Positions 39,116 to 53,770 are shown, counted from the stretch's first letter. The stretch: 64,000 nucleotides of DNA from Chiloscyllium plagiosum (GCF_004010195.1 NC_057743.1:7610352-7674351), one strand, 5' to 3'. A program made the numbers and translations. Notes: generated from the letters alone by a model not told the origin.

Positions 39116-41586
39116 TCTTTTAAAAAGTGTGCAGGCACAACCCATGCTACTTGCCAAGGAATGACCACTTGGCAAGGTTTGACAAGATCAGGATAAACAA
39201 AAGACAAAAAAATTATGATAATTAAAACTGGGATAAAGCAATTACATTCAGAATAATTTATTTTACAGTAGATGACACTTCCTTTTCATGTAGATCAGTG
39301 TAGAGTGTTAAGGTTGGAGCAAGAAACTGAGAGAAAATGTATGTATTGGACCAAAGGAGTGTGGAACAGTCATTAAGTAACATCTAGTGGGCTATTATGA
39401 ATTTTGGAAACAATTGTGACTTTGCTTGGCTATCATTAAGATAGACAAATAACGCACTGTATTACCTGAGAGGTAGACTATTTCAAATGAGAGTGATGCT
39501 GTTGCTGTGCGAGGTTTTCGGCTGACACTGTTTGGAATACTGTATAGAGTATGGTTAACTCATTTTAGGAAGTATGTTACTTTTTCATGGCTTCCAAAAC
39601 TGATGATGCTTCTGATTTTGGAACATTAAGAGAAATGCTTAAAAAACTGGATCATTCTTTATTATGGAAAAGGCTTCAGTGTGATTGCATTGTTGGAATT
39701 TTTTTATATTTGTGTTTGAAAGGTCTTTGGTTTAATTTAGATGGAAACGATTCTGATAAAATCATGTTGAGGCTACATACGGTTAATTCCCAGACTTGCA
39801 ATGTACTTTACTAATTTGCAGCATTATAAGGTTGTGGATTTTTTTACAGGTGATTAGGTTTTATATATATATAATGCTGAGAGGAAGTGAACTGATGATT
39901 AACTGTATTAATTCTTTCTTGTACTGTAGCCCTGAGGCACTGGCAAATCACTGAACAGTACTTAAGTACTAGAATAGATGTCATTCAGTGGCCTAGATTT
40001 TATGATCATGGTGATGATGGATTTCATCATGCATTTTACAAGAATCTAGGAAGAGATAGCAGACTTATTACACCATATAAAACAAATGTAATAATTTGTA
40101 TTGAAAAAAGTATGCTAGTAATTTTTCAATTTAGGAAGGGCTACAGAACATGCTCAATGAATTATAGATCAATCATTTTAACTTCACTGGAGGAGGAATA
40201 GAGTCGTCCTCATAAATGGAGTCAATGTCTTTTAGAGTTTAAAAGAATAACAATAGTTAGCATAATTTCAAAAGGGTAAATCTTGCTTCTGCGATCATAG
40301 TGACTTTTTAAAGGAGAAAACAAAAGGAATTTATTTTGGATTTTTGGTTTCGGTAAGGTGCCCGTAATAGACTAATGAATAAATTCCGAGGACACTAAAT
40401 TGGGGGATAAATGGCAGATTGGATTGCTGTCTGTCTTAAAGCCAAGAATGCAGAATGGGAATCAAGAATAGTTGTTCAGAGTGGTGGAATGAGGAAGTCA
40501 TTGAGAGATCACGTGCAGAGATCATGGCTGTTCATAATTTACATTAATGATTTGGACTTCGGCAGATGATATCATCATGTTAACTGTACAGGACTAGTAA
40601 TGCAAAAGTCCAGGCAAATTATTGGGGGCGTAGGGTTAAAACCCAACATAGCAGCTGGTGGAATTTAAATTTGATTCATATAAGGTTTTATAGAATGGTT
40701 CTACTGTATTTTGAACTCTCTTTAATTCATAGAGTAATATGGAGTCATTGGGGAGGTTTTATGATCTACTAGTTCTGATCAAAGGTAAGCTTATATGCCT
40801 TACTTTGCTATCAAACCTTAGGGAGAATAGCAGGCCAAGTTCTGTTGAAGTCCAGTTGCCTGCTTCCACACTTGGTTGCAATGAAAGGAACAGCTGGCAC
40901 TGTTATGAGCAGACTTCCAGAATCGTGGGTGAAGAGAGTCACAGGATTGAGTGGAAGTTCATGTCAAATTATTCATATGGTGCTCACTGCACCTTCAAAA
41001 ACTGTAACAATGTGCTACGTTGAGGAGCAGGATATCGTTGAGGAGCTGATATGACACATCAGCTAGCAGAGGTTGCTGCGAGTATCACAGTCATTACAGC
41101 AGCCAAATGCAGTCCCATTATGTCCAGTTCATTTGTTGTGGAGAAGGCTAAACAGAGTTGTTTCTTATTGAGCCTTTTACTTCAGACAATCCTTGAAGTA
41201 GAAAGTTGAAGGAAGAGTCCAAGGTGTTTTGTATTTCCTCCACTTATCTTATGCAGAATTTTGGCTGCATTATGAACGCATTTTCCTTGGCCATTAAGTC
41301 TTCACGTGGGACTTGACCCTGGAGTTTTGACTAGGAGCAGGGATGCCACTCCCTGTACAGCAGGACCTGCTGAATATGCATGTGGATAATTTTTCCCTGA
41401 AACAGAATTGGCACCGATGTGCTACCTTAGTCAGTTGAGAGAGGAAAGGATCACTCACGTGACTTCTTGAAATACCAGCATTTGTTAGTTTGCTTGTTAC
41501 TTCTATGTTTTTACACTTGGTGATAAGATTACATGGATTACAAAGCTGCTTCTTCTATTTAAGGGCAGTTATTCTTTTGCTTTCAG

Positions 41587-41755
41587 TAAATCTGACATTA
41601 TATCACCCCTGGATGACCTTGCCTTTGACATGTACCAGGATCCTGAAGTGGCTCAAATCATACGTAAAATGGATGAAGAGAAACATGAAGCAGTTAAACA
41701 TGAACGCTATGATTTTGCAAAGAAACTTAAACAAGCTATAGCTGACCTTCAGAAG
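41587..41755 (+). CDS. CEP104: CEP104 internal exon (human exon 7 equivalent)
   Basis: KSDIISPLDDLAFDMYQDPEVAQIIRKMDEEKHEAVKHERYDFAKKLKQAIADLQK; tttcag|..AAG|gtaaa; 169 nt. Confidence 0.96.
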
Positions 41756-42039
41756 GTAAAGTGTGTTAAGATCAAGCACTATTGAACAACATTTAGACCT
41801 ACTTATTACTCATTACATGAGGAGGAATTGCATTACAGATCAGGATGTTATCCGTTTTCCATTTGTATATAAAGCACAGTTGATTTTGTATATAGTTAAA
41901 CATGAAAGTCGTATGTTATTGAATGTGATTTTGATAGCTCTATTTATTTGGAATTATGTGCATTTTAGAAAACGTTGTTGGAATTAGCAATCAAGACTGA
42001 GTGGAAGTGAGTTTTAGAACAATCTATTTAATCTATTTT

Positions 42040-43055
42040 GATTTCCCCTTTCACATGGTCAACAATGCCCTCCAGCGCATCTCTTCCACTTCCCACCCCT
42101 CCACCCTTGAACCCCACCCCTCCAACCACAACAAGGATAGAACCCCCCTGGTCCTGACCTTCCATCCCACTAATCTCTAGATACAGTGTGTTATCCTCTG
42201 CCATTTCTGCCACCTACTATCAGACCTCACCACCAGACACATATTTCCGTCCACACCCCTATCAGCATTCCGCACAGATAATTCCCTTCGATACTCCCTC
42301 ATTAAGTCTACACCTCCCACCAACTTACCCTCCACTCCCAGCACTTTCCCTTGCCGCTGCACGAGGTCTAAAACCTATACTCGTACCTCCCCCCCCACCT
42401 CAATCTAGTGCCCCAAAAGATCTTTCTGCAGCTGGCAGAGATTTTCCTGCACATCCAAACACCTTATCTATTGTGTCTATTGCTCTCGATGTGGTCCCTC
42501 GACATTGGGGAGACAGGACGCCAACTCACGGAACAGTTCAGGGAACATCTCTGGGACACATGCAGCAAATAACCCTGCCGCCCTGTGGCCAATCACATCA
42601 ATTCCCCCTCCCACTCCCCCAAGGACATGCAAGTCCTGAGCTTACTCCACCACCAAATCCTAGCCACTCGACTCCTGGAGGAAGAACACTTCACCTTCAG
42701 CCCTGAGACCTTCCAGCCACACGGCATCAGGGTCAATTTTACTAGTTTCCTCATCTCCCCTACCCCAACCGCATTCCAGATCTAACCCTCCAACTCAGCA
42801 CCGCCCTCTTGAACTGTACTACCTGTCCATCTTCCTTCCCACCTATCCGCTCCACCCTCCCCTCTGACCTATCACCATTGCCCCCCCACTGGCATCTATC
42901 TATCATTTTCCCAGCCGTCTTGCCCCAAGCCCCACCCCCACCTTCCTATTTATCTATCAGAACACCCCCAGCCCCCCTTATGCCCGAAACTTTGTTTCTC
43001 CTGCTCCTTAGATGCTGCCTGACCTTCTGTGCTTTTCCAGTGCCATACTTTTCGG
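42040..43055 (+). mobile_element. Penelope-like element (Neptune-type) GIY-YIG 3' fragment, degenerate
   Basis: Frameshifted HLIYCVYCSRCG..IGETGR and ANHINSPSHS..LEEEH..QPHGI; ends in the gcccgaaac..gatgctgcctgacc terminal repeat. Confidence 0.75.
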
Positions 43056-44054
43056 AACTACTTAATGGGTCTTACTACCATAACAGTTTGATTTATCATA
43101 TTTATATGCATCATAGAACTATCGCAAATATGGCTCGAGTGGTTTAGACAATTAGAAACTATTTTTGAAAACGACACAAAAATAGGTTTCAATCTAATAC
43201 ACTGTCAACTTTGACTCAAGGTGTACATACATATGCTAATTCACAGGTTCAAGTTTAATTTCTGGCTTTCAGCACTTAGTTTATGTTGGCACTTGATGCA
43301 GAGGTTGGGTGTGTTAAGTTGTTGGAGATTGGCTTTTATTCTTTCATGGGATGTGAGCATCACTGACTAGACGAGCATTTAGTGCCCTTGAGGTAGTGTT
43401 GAGATGTATTCTTGAACTGCTGCAGTCTATTTGCTGCTCCACCCACAATGATGTTAGGAACGTCATTCCAGGAATTTGACCCACAACAGTAAAGAAATAG
43501 TGATATAATTGCAAGTCAGAATGGCGTGTGACTTGGAGGGGAGTTTGCAGTTGGTGATGTTCCCACTTGTTTTTTTGCACCTGTCCTCACATACAACTTT
43601 CCCTTTAATTTTTTTCCATTGCATGGACCTCTGAAGTCCATCTGTGGCAGTGATTTCAATCTGCTGAAATCGGTGTTCACACTCATTGCTGTATATGAGA
43701 TCTCCAAGCAGTGGCCATGCAGCTGGGAAAGGTGGCTTGTAGGTGGTTGAGAGCAGTGGGTTTGTGAGATCCCTGCTGCTAATTGCCATTTCCTAGCTAC
43801 CAATATTTCTATCACTCATAACTCATTCTGTTACCAGCACAAGTGACAGTTTGAATCCCAAGATGAACTTTCTTATTGGTGTCATCTCTAAAACTGTCAA
43901 TTTCTACTTTGAACATTTTGGCTGTCTCATTCATATTGTCTTTATCTTGAGACCTGATTATTCATATGCAGTCCAGCTGGTCTCACACATTTTAAATTCT
44001 GAAGCTCAAGGTCGTCCAAAATGTTCTGTGTATCTTAACTTTAATCATGGCCCA

Positions 44055-44700
44055 TGTGACAATACGATGGCTTTAAAAGATTATTTTGTTCTTTTTGTTG
44101 AAGATAAGTTTTAAGACAGGGTTACCTAGCTGTCTGTTTCAAAAGCCAGTAAACAGCTTGCAAGGCCTTGGGGTTTTTTCTTAAAAGTTGGAACAATGGA
44201 AGCAGCCTGAAGGGGTGGGGTCAAGCTCTCACGGAACCAGGATTTTTAGTTTCTTAGTTTTTCAGTCGCAGTTGTTGCTAGGTCTGTTGCTGCAGTACAT
44301 CTCTCCCTGATACACCCTCTCTCCATTATCTTGGTGTTTTTCCTCTTTGTCTACATGCAACTGCAGCAGCCCATCTGTTTTTGAATTTGCCTTTTTCCAA
44401 GGGTGTGTTTATGGGATGTTACTGTATTGGAATCGTTAATTCAGAATATTTAATGAATTTATTAATCTGTTAAGTTTCTCAGTAGAGTTAAGTTAAACCC
44501 ATTCTTCTTTATTCTTTGTTTTGCTGTGTTTTAACTGTGTAGTGTATGAATAAATTGCTTTTGCTTAACTGTGAGTAGTTTAACCAATTTAATTGCATCT
44601 GGAACGTCGCACCTTACATTTACCTTCAAAATAAGAAAGAAATGAGGGTCTAGCCTGCCTTCTAAATATATTTTGAGGGGGTTTGGTCTGATCCATAACA
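44055..44700. mobile_element. Solo-LTR-like repeat
   Basis: TGTGAC...ATAACA termini; reverse-complement homologue of the repeats at 7903 and 56142. No clean TSD seen. Confidence 0.55.
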
Positions 44701-45009
44701 GCTGCTCAACTATCACTCTGTTCTTACTGACTTACATTGGTTCTGTTGAATAACATTTTGATTTTAAAGTTCTTATTTTCAGATTCTCATATGCTTGCCT
44801 CTCCATGACTCTAATCTCCTCCAGTTCCATACCCTTCTGATAATTCTGCACTGAATTGAATTCTGGTGTCAAATATTCCTGATTTCAATAACTTTTCCTT
44901 TAGTGAGTGTGCTTCAGTTATGTAAATCTTAATCTGAATGCCTATTCTACCCATTTGTCCAAGTTTCTGCCCTGACATTTCCTGAAGTGCATCTGTGTCA
45001 TAGTTTGTT

Positions 45010-48000
45010 TCATAGGACATAGAACATTACAGCACAGGACAGGCCCTTTGGCCTTCGATGGTTTCACAGGTTGGCACAACAATCTAAAGCCCATCTAACC
45101 TACACTATTCCATTATCATCCATATGTTTATCCAATGACCATTTAAATGCCCTTAATGTTGACGAGTCTACTACTGTTGTAGGCAGGGTGTTCCATGCCC
45201 TTAATTTAAAACTATGTCTCCTTGTGCTAGCCATCACCTTACAAGGAAAAGGGCGCTCACTGTCCACCCTATCTAATCCTTTGTTCATATTGTATGCTTG
45301 TATGAAGTAACCTCTTAACCTTCTTCTCTGTAACAAAATCAGCCTTTCTTCATAAGACCTTCCCTTCATACAAGGCAATATCCTGGTAAATCTCCCCTGC
45401 ACCCTTTCCAAAGCTTCAACGTCCTTCCTATAATGCAGCAACCAGAACTGTATGCAAACTCCAAGTGTGGCCATGTCAGAGATTTGTACAGCTGCAACAT
45501 GACATCATCACTGCAAAACTCAGTCCCTCTACCAATAAAAGCTAACACACTGTACAACCCTCTTAATGGGGTGGCAACTTTCAGGGATCTATGCTTATCC
45601 ACATTTTCAAGAATCTTACCATTTGCCCAGTACTCTGTATTCCTGTTATTCCTTCCAAAGTGAATCAGCTCACGTTTTTTCAGCATTAAACTCCATTTAG
45701 AGTCATGGAGATGTACAGCATGGAAACAGACCCTTCGGTCCAACCCATCCATGCTGACTAGATATCCCAACTCAATAAAGTCCCACCTGCCAGCACCCGG
45801 CTCATGTCCCTCCAAACCCTTCCTATTCACATACCCATCCAAATACCTTTTAAATGTTGCAATTGTACCAGCCTCCACCACATCCTCTGGCAGTTCATTC
45901 CATACACGTACCACCCTCTGCGTGAAGGAGTTGTCCCTTAGGTCCCTTTTATATCTTTCCCCTCTCACTCTAAACCTATGCCCTCTAGTTCTGGGACTCC
46001 CCCAACCCAGGGAAAAGTCTACTTATCCTATCCATGCCCCTCAATTTTGTAAACCTCTATAAGGTCACCCCTCAATCTCCCACGCTTCAGGGAAAACAGC
46101 CCCAGCCTGTTCGGTCTCTCCCCATAGCTCAGATCCTCCAACCCTGGCAACATCCTTGTTGTTCTTTTCTGAACTCTTTCAAGTTCACATCATCTTTCCG
46201 ATCTTGCACTCCAAGGTCTCTTTGTTCAGCAACACTCTCTAGGACCTTACCGTTAAGTGTATAAGTCCTGCTAAGATTGCTTTCCCAAAATGCAGCACCA
46301 CACATTTATCTGAATTAAATTCCATCTGCCACCTCTCGGCCCACTGGCCCACCTTATCAAGATCCTGTTGTAATCTGAGGTAACCTTCTTCGCTGTCCAC
46401 TACACCTCCAATTTTGGTGTCATCTGCAAACTTACTTACTATACCTCTTATGCTTGCATCCAAATCATTTACATAAATTTGCTTCCTCTCAGCCCAGTTC
46501 CACAGCTTATCTGTGCCCCTCTGTAACTTGCAACATCCTTCCGCATTGTCCACAGCTCCACCGACCTTAGTGTCACCTGCAAACTTACTAATCCATCCTT
46601 CTACGCCCTCATCCAGATCATTAATCTGTATGGCCCCCATACAGATCCTTGCGGTGCACCACTAGTAACTGAACTGCAGAATGAACACTTTCCATCAACC
46701 ACCACCCCCTGTCTAACAGCTAGCCAATTTCTGATCTAAACTGCTAAATCGCCTTCAATCCCATGCCTCATATTTTCTACAATAATCTATCATCACCTTA
46801 TCAATATCTTATCAAACGCTTTACTGAAATCCATATACACCATATCAACTGCTTTGACCTCACTTCTTTAGTCACCTATGGTTCCCTCACTTGGCCACTT
46901 CCTCCATGCCTGGCAGGTACATTCTTATAAAGGACACACAGTAGCTGTTGTTTGAGCAAGCTGCACATTTCTATTGTGCCCATCTCTTGCAGTTTCCTTC
47001 CCCATCCTCTGCATCCTAAATCTTGCCTAATTGTATCATAATCGCCTTTCCCCCCAGCTATAACTCTTGTCCTGCGGTATATACTTATCCCTTTCTATCG
47101 CTAAAGTAAACATAACCGAATAGTGGTCACTATCACCAAAGTGCTCACTACCTTCAAATGGCCTGGTTCATTACCTAGTATCAAATCCAGCGTGGCCTCA
47201 CCTCTTGGTCTGTCTACATACTACATCAAGAAACTCTCCACACATTGGACAAAAACTGATCCATCTAAAGTACTCAAACTATAGCGTTTCCAGTTGATAT
47301 TTGGAAAGTTAAAGTTCCCCATAACAGCTGTCTGGTTACTTTCTCTCCTACCCAGAATCATCTTTGCAATCCTTTCCTCTACACTTCTGGAATGATTTGG
47401 AGGCCTGTGGAAAACTCCCCAACAGGGTGACCTCTCCTTTCCTGTTTCTAACCTCAGCCCATACTACCTCAGTATAAGTCCTCATCAAATGTCCTTTCTG
47501 CCTCTGTAATACTGTCCTTGACTAACAATGCCACACCATCTCGTCTTTTACCACCTTCCCAGATCTTACTGAAACATCTAAACCACAAAACCTGCAAAAA
47601 CCATTCTGTCCCTGCTCTAACTATGCCTCCGAATTGGCTACATCATTGAAGTCCCCAGTACCATGCTGCAAGTTCACCCACCTTATTCTGGATGCTACCT
47701 TCCTGCCTGCCAGTACAGTCCTTGAAACCTTAATCCTGACCTCACTGCTTTGAACCTCCTGTACACTGGAGCTACAAATTAGGTTCCTTTCTGCCTGCTG
47801 CATTAGTTTGAACTCTCCTGAAGAGCATTAGCAAATTCCTTACTTCCCTCCCCGGATATTGGTACTCCTCTGGTTCAGGTGTAAATCATCCTGTTTTGTA
47901 GAGATCCCACCTACCCTAGAATGAGCCCCAATTATCCAGTTATCTGAATCCCTTCCTCCTGCACTATCCTTGTAGCCACATGTTCAACTGCTCTCTCCCT

Positions 48001-48170
48001 ATTCCTTGCCTCACTAGCACATGGCACAGGTAACAAAGCAGAGGTAACAATTCTGTTTGTTCTAGCTCTATGTTTCCACTCTACCTCCTTGAATTTCTGC
48101 CTCATATTCCCCATCTTTTTTCCTACCCATATCATTTGTGCCTATGTGGACCATGACTTGAGGCTGCTTC
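45010..48170 (-). mobile_element. Long degenerate CR1 LINE (ORF1 esterase to 3' end) with a second CR1 nested at about 45698-46455
   Basis: ORF1 QPQVMVHIGTND (SGNH esterase motif); two KFAxDTKxGG RT segments; two separate 3' ends. Confidence 0.85.
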
Positions 48171-49307
48171 CACACATGCAGTGCAGAAACTTGCCAAAGG
48201 TCCTTCGTCAGCATCTCCCAAAAGCATGACCACTTCCATCTAGAAGGATAAGTGACAAAGTCTGTAGCCTTAAAACTTGTCCTTAAACATTTCGACAAAA
48301 TGTAATGCTGAATTATAAAAGACATTTGCTGCACACAGAATATAAATAGGGCAGGAAGGGATGCATCAGGCCACAAAAGGGGGAACCCAGGATGTGCAGA
48401 AGATAAAAACACCTGTTCTCAACAAGTGATAATAGGATGCTCTAAGGCAATTAAGAACATTTACCTCAACATCAATGAGTCTTTGTAAACAGGACACAGA
48501 GTGATAACATTCATGGCTGTTCACTTATGAAATTAATGACAGTGTTTGATTCTGACCTCAGAGTCTTGGTATCATCTTGTATGCATGTCAAAATCCGTGT
48601 AGTTAATGGTCAGGTCCTATCAATTATAATGGATTCTTATTACACTTGCAAGCTAGGCAGACAGAGGGAAAAACATTTTTCTGTTACAGTCCCTGATCTG
48701 GGAGTTCAAAGGACGAGAGAGAGAGAGATCATTTTAACACTGAGATTGCCGAAGCCAGTAGAAAATTAACTTTTCTTGTGGTCTGATTTGAATGCACATT
48801 TACTTGTTATGGATTGAATGTTTTGAATTCAATTGCATTTTGAGACTTTATGATGATTTTGAGTAGCCATCACTGATTATGAAATGCAAACTCTGTAAAA
48901 GGTAATATTGATGAAGCTTTAACTTACTTGCTGTTCTTACAGACTGTGACTGCCCCATTGTCAATTCAACTAGTCAGATCTTATGTCTTATTTGAATTTG
49001 AATCACAACCCTGAAAAGAAAGAATGTTTAATTTGAGACTAATAAATCATTTAAAATTCAACCTTACAGTTACATTTCAGTCTCAGGTACAGAATGATGC
49101 TGTTCTTAAGATAAAGAGCAGTAGTCTGCTCCTAACTTAAAAATTATTCTAAACCTAACATTGAAGAGATTCTGACACAATCTGTCAGGAAGCCATTTTA
49201 TGGTCAAAAGTTTGCACTCCTCTTTAAGAAGCCATTTGTAAAACAGTGATATCTGACATGCGAGCTGTGCGAGGTTACCTTATAATCTCTCCCACTTCAT
49301 TTCGACT

Positions 49308-49593
49308 GATACTACCAGCAGACAAAGGCAGAATGACGGTCATCCTGGACAAAGCAGACTACATCCAAAAAGCGCAACAACTACTTACAGATACCAACAC
49401 CAACCAAAAGAGGGAGTTTGACCCCACCCCACAGCTCACCAATAGGATAAACAACACACTGAGGAACCTACAAAACAAACGGACAGATAACCAGGTTTGA
49501 CCGACAAAGAATGAAACCTGAAAGCAACAACACCCCCAGATTCTATGGACTACCTAAAGTGCACAAACCAGACATCCCACTCAGACCCATAGT
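49308..49593 (+). mobile_element. Penelope-like RT N-terminal fragment ending at a 12-N gap (49594-49605)
   Basis: ILPADKGRMTVILDKADYIQKA and PRFYGLPKVHKPDIPLRPIV, hallmark Penelope RT motifs. Confidence 0.88.
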
Positions 49594-50384
49594 NNNNNNN
49601 NNNNNACCCTAGCAATACATCCTTCACCTTCTTTAATGCTGGTGCACATGATTTACCATGGCAACAACATTTAAAGTTGCATGTATGCTGAATACCTCCG
49701 ACTTGAACTCCTCATCACAGCTCGTAAGCTATCTGTTGTCTTTTTGTCAAATCTCCCATTTAACATGCAGTGTTGAATGAGTCAGAAATTCTTCCAGTTA
49801 TTGGTTGCAAAGAATTAGGATTTCATCTTTTGGCCATTTCATAAACCCTTGCCCATTATCTGTAGCTTCACTAGACTACCTGGTAACAGAATACACCATC
49901 CAAATTCAGCATATGCTTAGGTTATCGTGCCTAAAATTGCTCTCTAACATAAATAAATGAGCAATCTTGAAGAAGAGCAGAAATTGTAAAATCTTTGTTC
50001 CACCCAATACAGAAAATTTCACCGCATTAGTTTTTTAACTATTTACAATGAAAGAAAAATGCTAGAAAAACAGATAACGTGGTAGTTTTAATTATCCTAA
50101 TATAAGACTAGAAAATAATGTCTAAAGGAAAAGGGGTGGAGAGAATGTTTAAAACATTTACAAAGGTGGATAATTTCAAATGGCACCGGAAATGTTGGTG
50201 AGAATACACGCTCACTCCTGACACTTTTCCTGCAGCTAACTGGACAAAGGATGGACTTTAGTCCTTTCTGGACAGGAGGGTACACTTCAGAGAGTTGTTA
50301 ATCAATCAAATCGGCCAGTAGTTCTTTAGCTCAGAGGGTCCAGTGGGAACAGTGGTCACTACTGGAACTACACTGAGTACCACA

Positions 50385-50833
50385 CTAAACACTATATAGG
50401 ACAAACAGGAAGACAGCTAACGATCCACATCCATGAACACCAACTAGCCACGAAACGACACGACCAGCTATCCTTAGTAGCCACACACGCAGATGACAAG
50501 CAACATGAATTCGACTGGGACAACACTACTATTATAGGACAAGCCAAACAGAGAACAGCCAGGGAATTCCTAGAGGCATGGCACTCATCCACAGATTCAA
50601 TCAATAAGTACATCGACCTGGACCCAATATATCGACCACTGCAACGGACAGCTGGAACTGACAACCGGAAGCGGCAGATTGAAACCACTATAAATGCTGG
50701 AGGAAACATCACAGAAGCGCTTCACAGGAGGCTCCCAAGCACTGAGTATGTCACCTCGACAGGGGACGAAACGTCTGCAACACAAATTCCCAGCTCGGCG
50801 AACAGAACCACAACAATGAGCACCCGAGCTACA
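50385..50833 (+). mobile_element. Penelope-like GIY-YIG 3' end, same family as 26439-27080
   Basis: KHYIGQTGRQLTIHIHEH..; hammerhead-like motif at 50739-50778 with core change CUGAGUA and a GUC triplet. Confidence 0.88.
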
Positions 50834-51094
50834 AATCTTCACACAGACTTTGAACTGATACCTTTTTATGATAGGGACTTATCTCGCCCACAGGCACCTG
50901 ACTTTTCTTTCTTACGAATTATTGCCATTCCAATGTTGTCTGTCTAATTAAGAACATGTAGTGCTTTTGTAAAATTTTGTATAAAGTAAGCTTGCTTGAG
51001 ACAGGAGAGAGTAGCCTGCGAGGACTCTTAAAGGAAGAGCTGGTACCCTACTCAAGGTTTTGGAACCTTACTAACCTAGCTTATAGGTATCAGT

Positions 51095-51311
51095 TAGGAG
51101 AAAGTGAGGACAGCAGATGCTGGGGATCAGAGCTTAAAAATGTTTTGCTGGAAAAGCGCAGCAGGTCAGGCAGCATCAAAGGAGAAGGAGAGTTGACGTT
51201 TCGGGCATAAGCCCTTCATTCCTGAAGAAGGGCTTATGCCCAAAATGTCGATTCTCCTTCTCCTTTGATGCTGCCTGACCTGTTGCACTTTTCCAGCAAC
51301 ACATTTTTAAG
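51095..51311. mobile_element. Palindromic short Penelope-derived element
   Basis: TSD ttataggtatcagt at 51081-51094 and 51312-51325; two back-to-back hammerhead remnants at the centre. Confidence 0.78.
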
Positions 51312-52064
51312 TTATAGGTATCAGTGTTATGTTGTAACAGTGATACTATTGGCAAATAAAGGGGAAGACTAAAATTAAAATAAACTGTCTGTAAGAGGTT
51401 TTTTCATTCCAGACTACCAAAGAGTATGATCTCTGGGACGAACCAAGAGAGGCTTACAGGTCAAGTCCATTAGGGATTCCCTGGGCCGTCTCAAATCAGT
51501 ACTTTAACATAAGGGCAGGAGATACATGGGAATGCCATGGCCTGCAAGTTCTCCTCCAAGCCACTCAGCATCCTGACTTGTAAATATATCACTGTTCTTT
51601 CACTCTCACAGAGTAGAAATCCTGGAATTCCGTCCCTCGTGGTATTGTGGGTCTACCTATTGCACATGGGCTATTGCAATTGAAGAAGGCAGCTCACCAC
51701 TACCTTCCAAAGGGCAGTTAGGGACAGGCAAGTAAATGTTGGCCAGCTAGTGATGCCCATGTCCCAAATGCAAATGAGAACAAAAGGAAAAACAGCAGAG
51801 ATACCAATGCTTCAAGTCTGAAGTAAAAGCAGATTAAGCTGGAAAACATTCAGCAGATCAGGCAGCATCTGCTCAGAGAAAAAAGGAATTAACGTTTCAG
51901 GTGGATGATCTTCACCCACAAGTTGTCAAGTAATGAATATCTCTTAATCAATGTTCATGCTCATCTTGCACTTCTGTCAAGAGAATCATTTGTATATTTG
52001 TTTGACAAAGGACTTTTTGAATGTTGATAATTTGAGCTTGTAGATAACTATTTATTTTGTTCAG

Positions 52065-52220
52065 GTAGGAGAGCGTCTGGGCCGTTATGAGGTGGAAAAG
52101 CGCTGTGCAATTGAGAAGGAGGACTATGACCTGGCTAAACAGAAGAAACAGCAAATGGATGATTATAGGATGAAGGTTTATCAGCAACTTGAGCTACATA
52201 GCTTGCTGGACATGGGAATG
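52065..52220 (+). CDS. CEP104: CEP104 internal exon (exon 8 equivalent)
   Basis: VGERLGRYEVEKRCAIEKEDYDLAKQKKQQMDDYRMKVYQQLELHSLLDMGM; 156 nt; ttcag|..|gtcagt. Confidence 0.96.
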
Positions 52221-53545
52221 GTCAGTGTAGATTAGTGCTATGATCTTTTATATGAAAAATCTAATGTCTTTCAGGGAAGGGGATTTTCATCCTCGCCTGG
52301 TCTGGCCTGCATGTGACTCCAGACCCAGCAATCTGGTTGACTCCCAACTGCCAATTAGGGCTGAGCAATAAATGCTGGCTTAGTTAACGATGCCCACATT
52401 CAGTGAATGAATAAAAAATCACCTGCCTACCCTCCCTAAATAAACAGTGATTTGCCTCCGATGATGAGCCAGATGTGAGTCTCCAATTTGCTGTTGGAGA
52501 GAGTTTATTTTACATTTCACTGTAATAAAAATCACAAAGAAAATGGGTTCTGTTTAATATGTTCATGTAGCAATAGCCTGCTGGAGGTACCTTGCACCTG
52601 GGGCTGCATTGGAAATGAGCAATGTTGCTTGTTGCAATTTCCTTCTGGCCTTTTGATTGTGGAGCTCCAGTAATTGAATGTCAGCACTGCCTGTGACAAA
52701 GCTTAATCATTATTTTTAAATTTGGGAAACATACTATTCAAAAAGTACTCAACACCCATTTTTCCTCCTTCCCTGAATAGTCTTAATACATGTTGAGTGG
52801 ACAAAATTAACTTGTGCATCATCCATGTGGTAATATATCCTGACAATCCTACTCTGACTAAACTCAACACTTATCATTGTATAATTGTCAATAGATCACA
52901 CTGCATGATATTTGTAAGCTGGAGAATTGATTAATTGGGTTCAAGACTGTGAATTCAAGTTTATTCCAGAAGTTTAAGCATCTAGTTCAGGTCGACAGTG
53001 CAGTGCTGCATAATCTGTGGCCGTTCAAAGATTGCCTGTTACTATACATAAGAAAAGCATAGGAGTACTACATTGTGTTTTGGTCAATATTCATCCTTCC
53101 GCCACCATTACTGGGACTGATTTATTTGCTCAGTTCTTTTGATCTGTGCAAATTGGTTACTGTGTTTCCTAAGTGGCATGAGTAACTATTGTTCAAACTT
53201 GGCTCAATTGACCTTAAAGGTACTTGGGGCATCCTGAGATTTTAAGTAAATGCTATATAAATGCAAGTTGTTCTGTTCTTTTCTGGGTGCACACACATGG
53301 TATGTCATATCTGCTGTCCATGTTAACTGAGTGCAGATTAGGAACTGAGCCCAGAAAATTGGAATAGTTGATATTCCAAGTTATTGCCTTCTAAATTGGA
53401 AGCTAAATCTGTTGAGATTAGAGAAGGCAACTTCAAGTTGTGTTATGTAATATTTAAAGACGTGTAGTTTAGCAAGTAATATATCAGTGACTGTATGTTA
53501 AATATAATTCTTTGCTTAAAAAGGCTGACGATTTTTGCTCTCCAG

Positions 53546-53770
53546 ATCCGAAAGTTTCCTGAGATTCCTCTTGAACCAGTGGATCATCTTAATAGAATTC
53601 AACAGCAGCAAATGGTATTGGGACCTAAATCTGCACCAACTGTGAAAACCCATCTGCAGGAGTCATCTGAAGAAAGCCTCAGGCCATATCAGACCCCTGG
53701 AAAGCCACAATGGTCTCCCATATCGCAGCAGTTTTCTTCTACTCCACCTGCTCGATTACCTTCTCGAAGG
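53546..53770 (+). CDS. CEP104: CEP104 internal exon (exon 9 equivalent, P/S/Q-rich linker)
   Basis: IRKFPEIPLEP...PARLPSRR; tccag| acceptor, AGG|gtacgc donor; 225 nt, phase 0/0. Weak sequence conservation but correct position. Confidence 0.85.
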
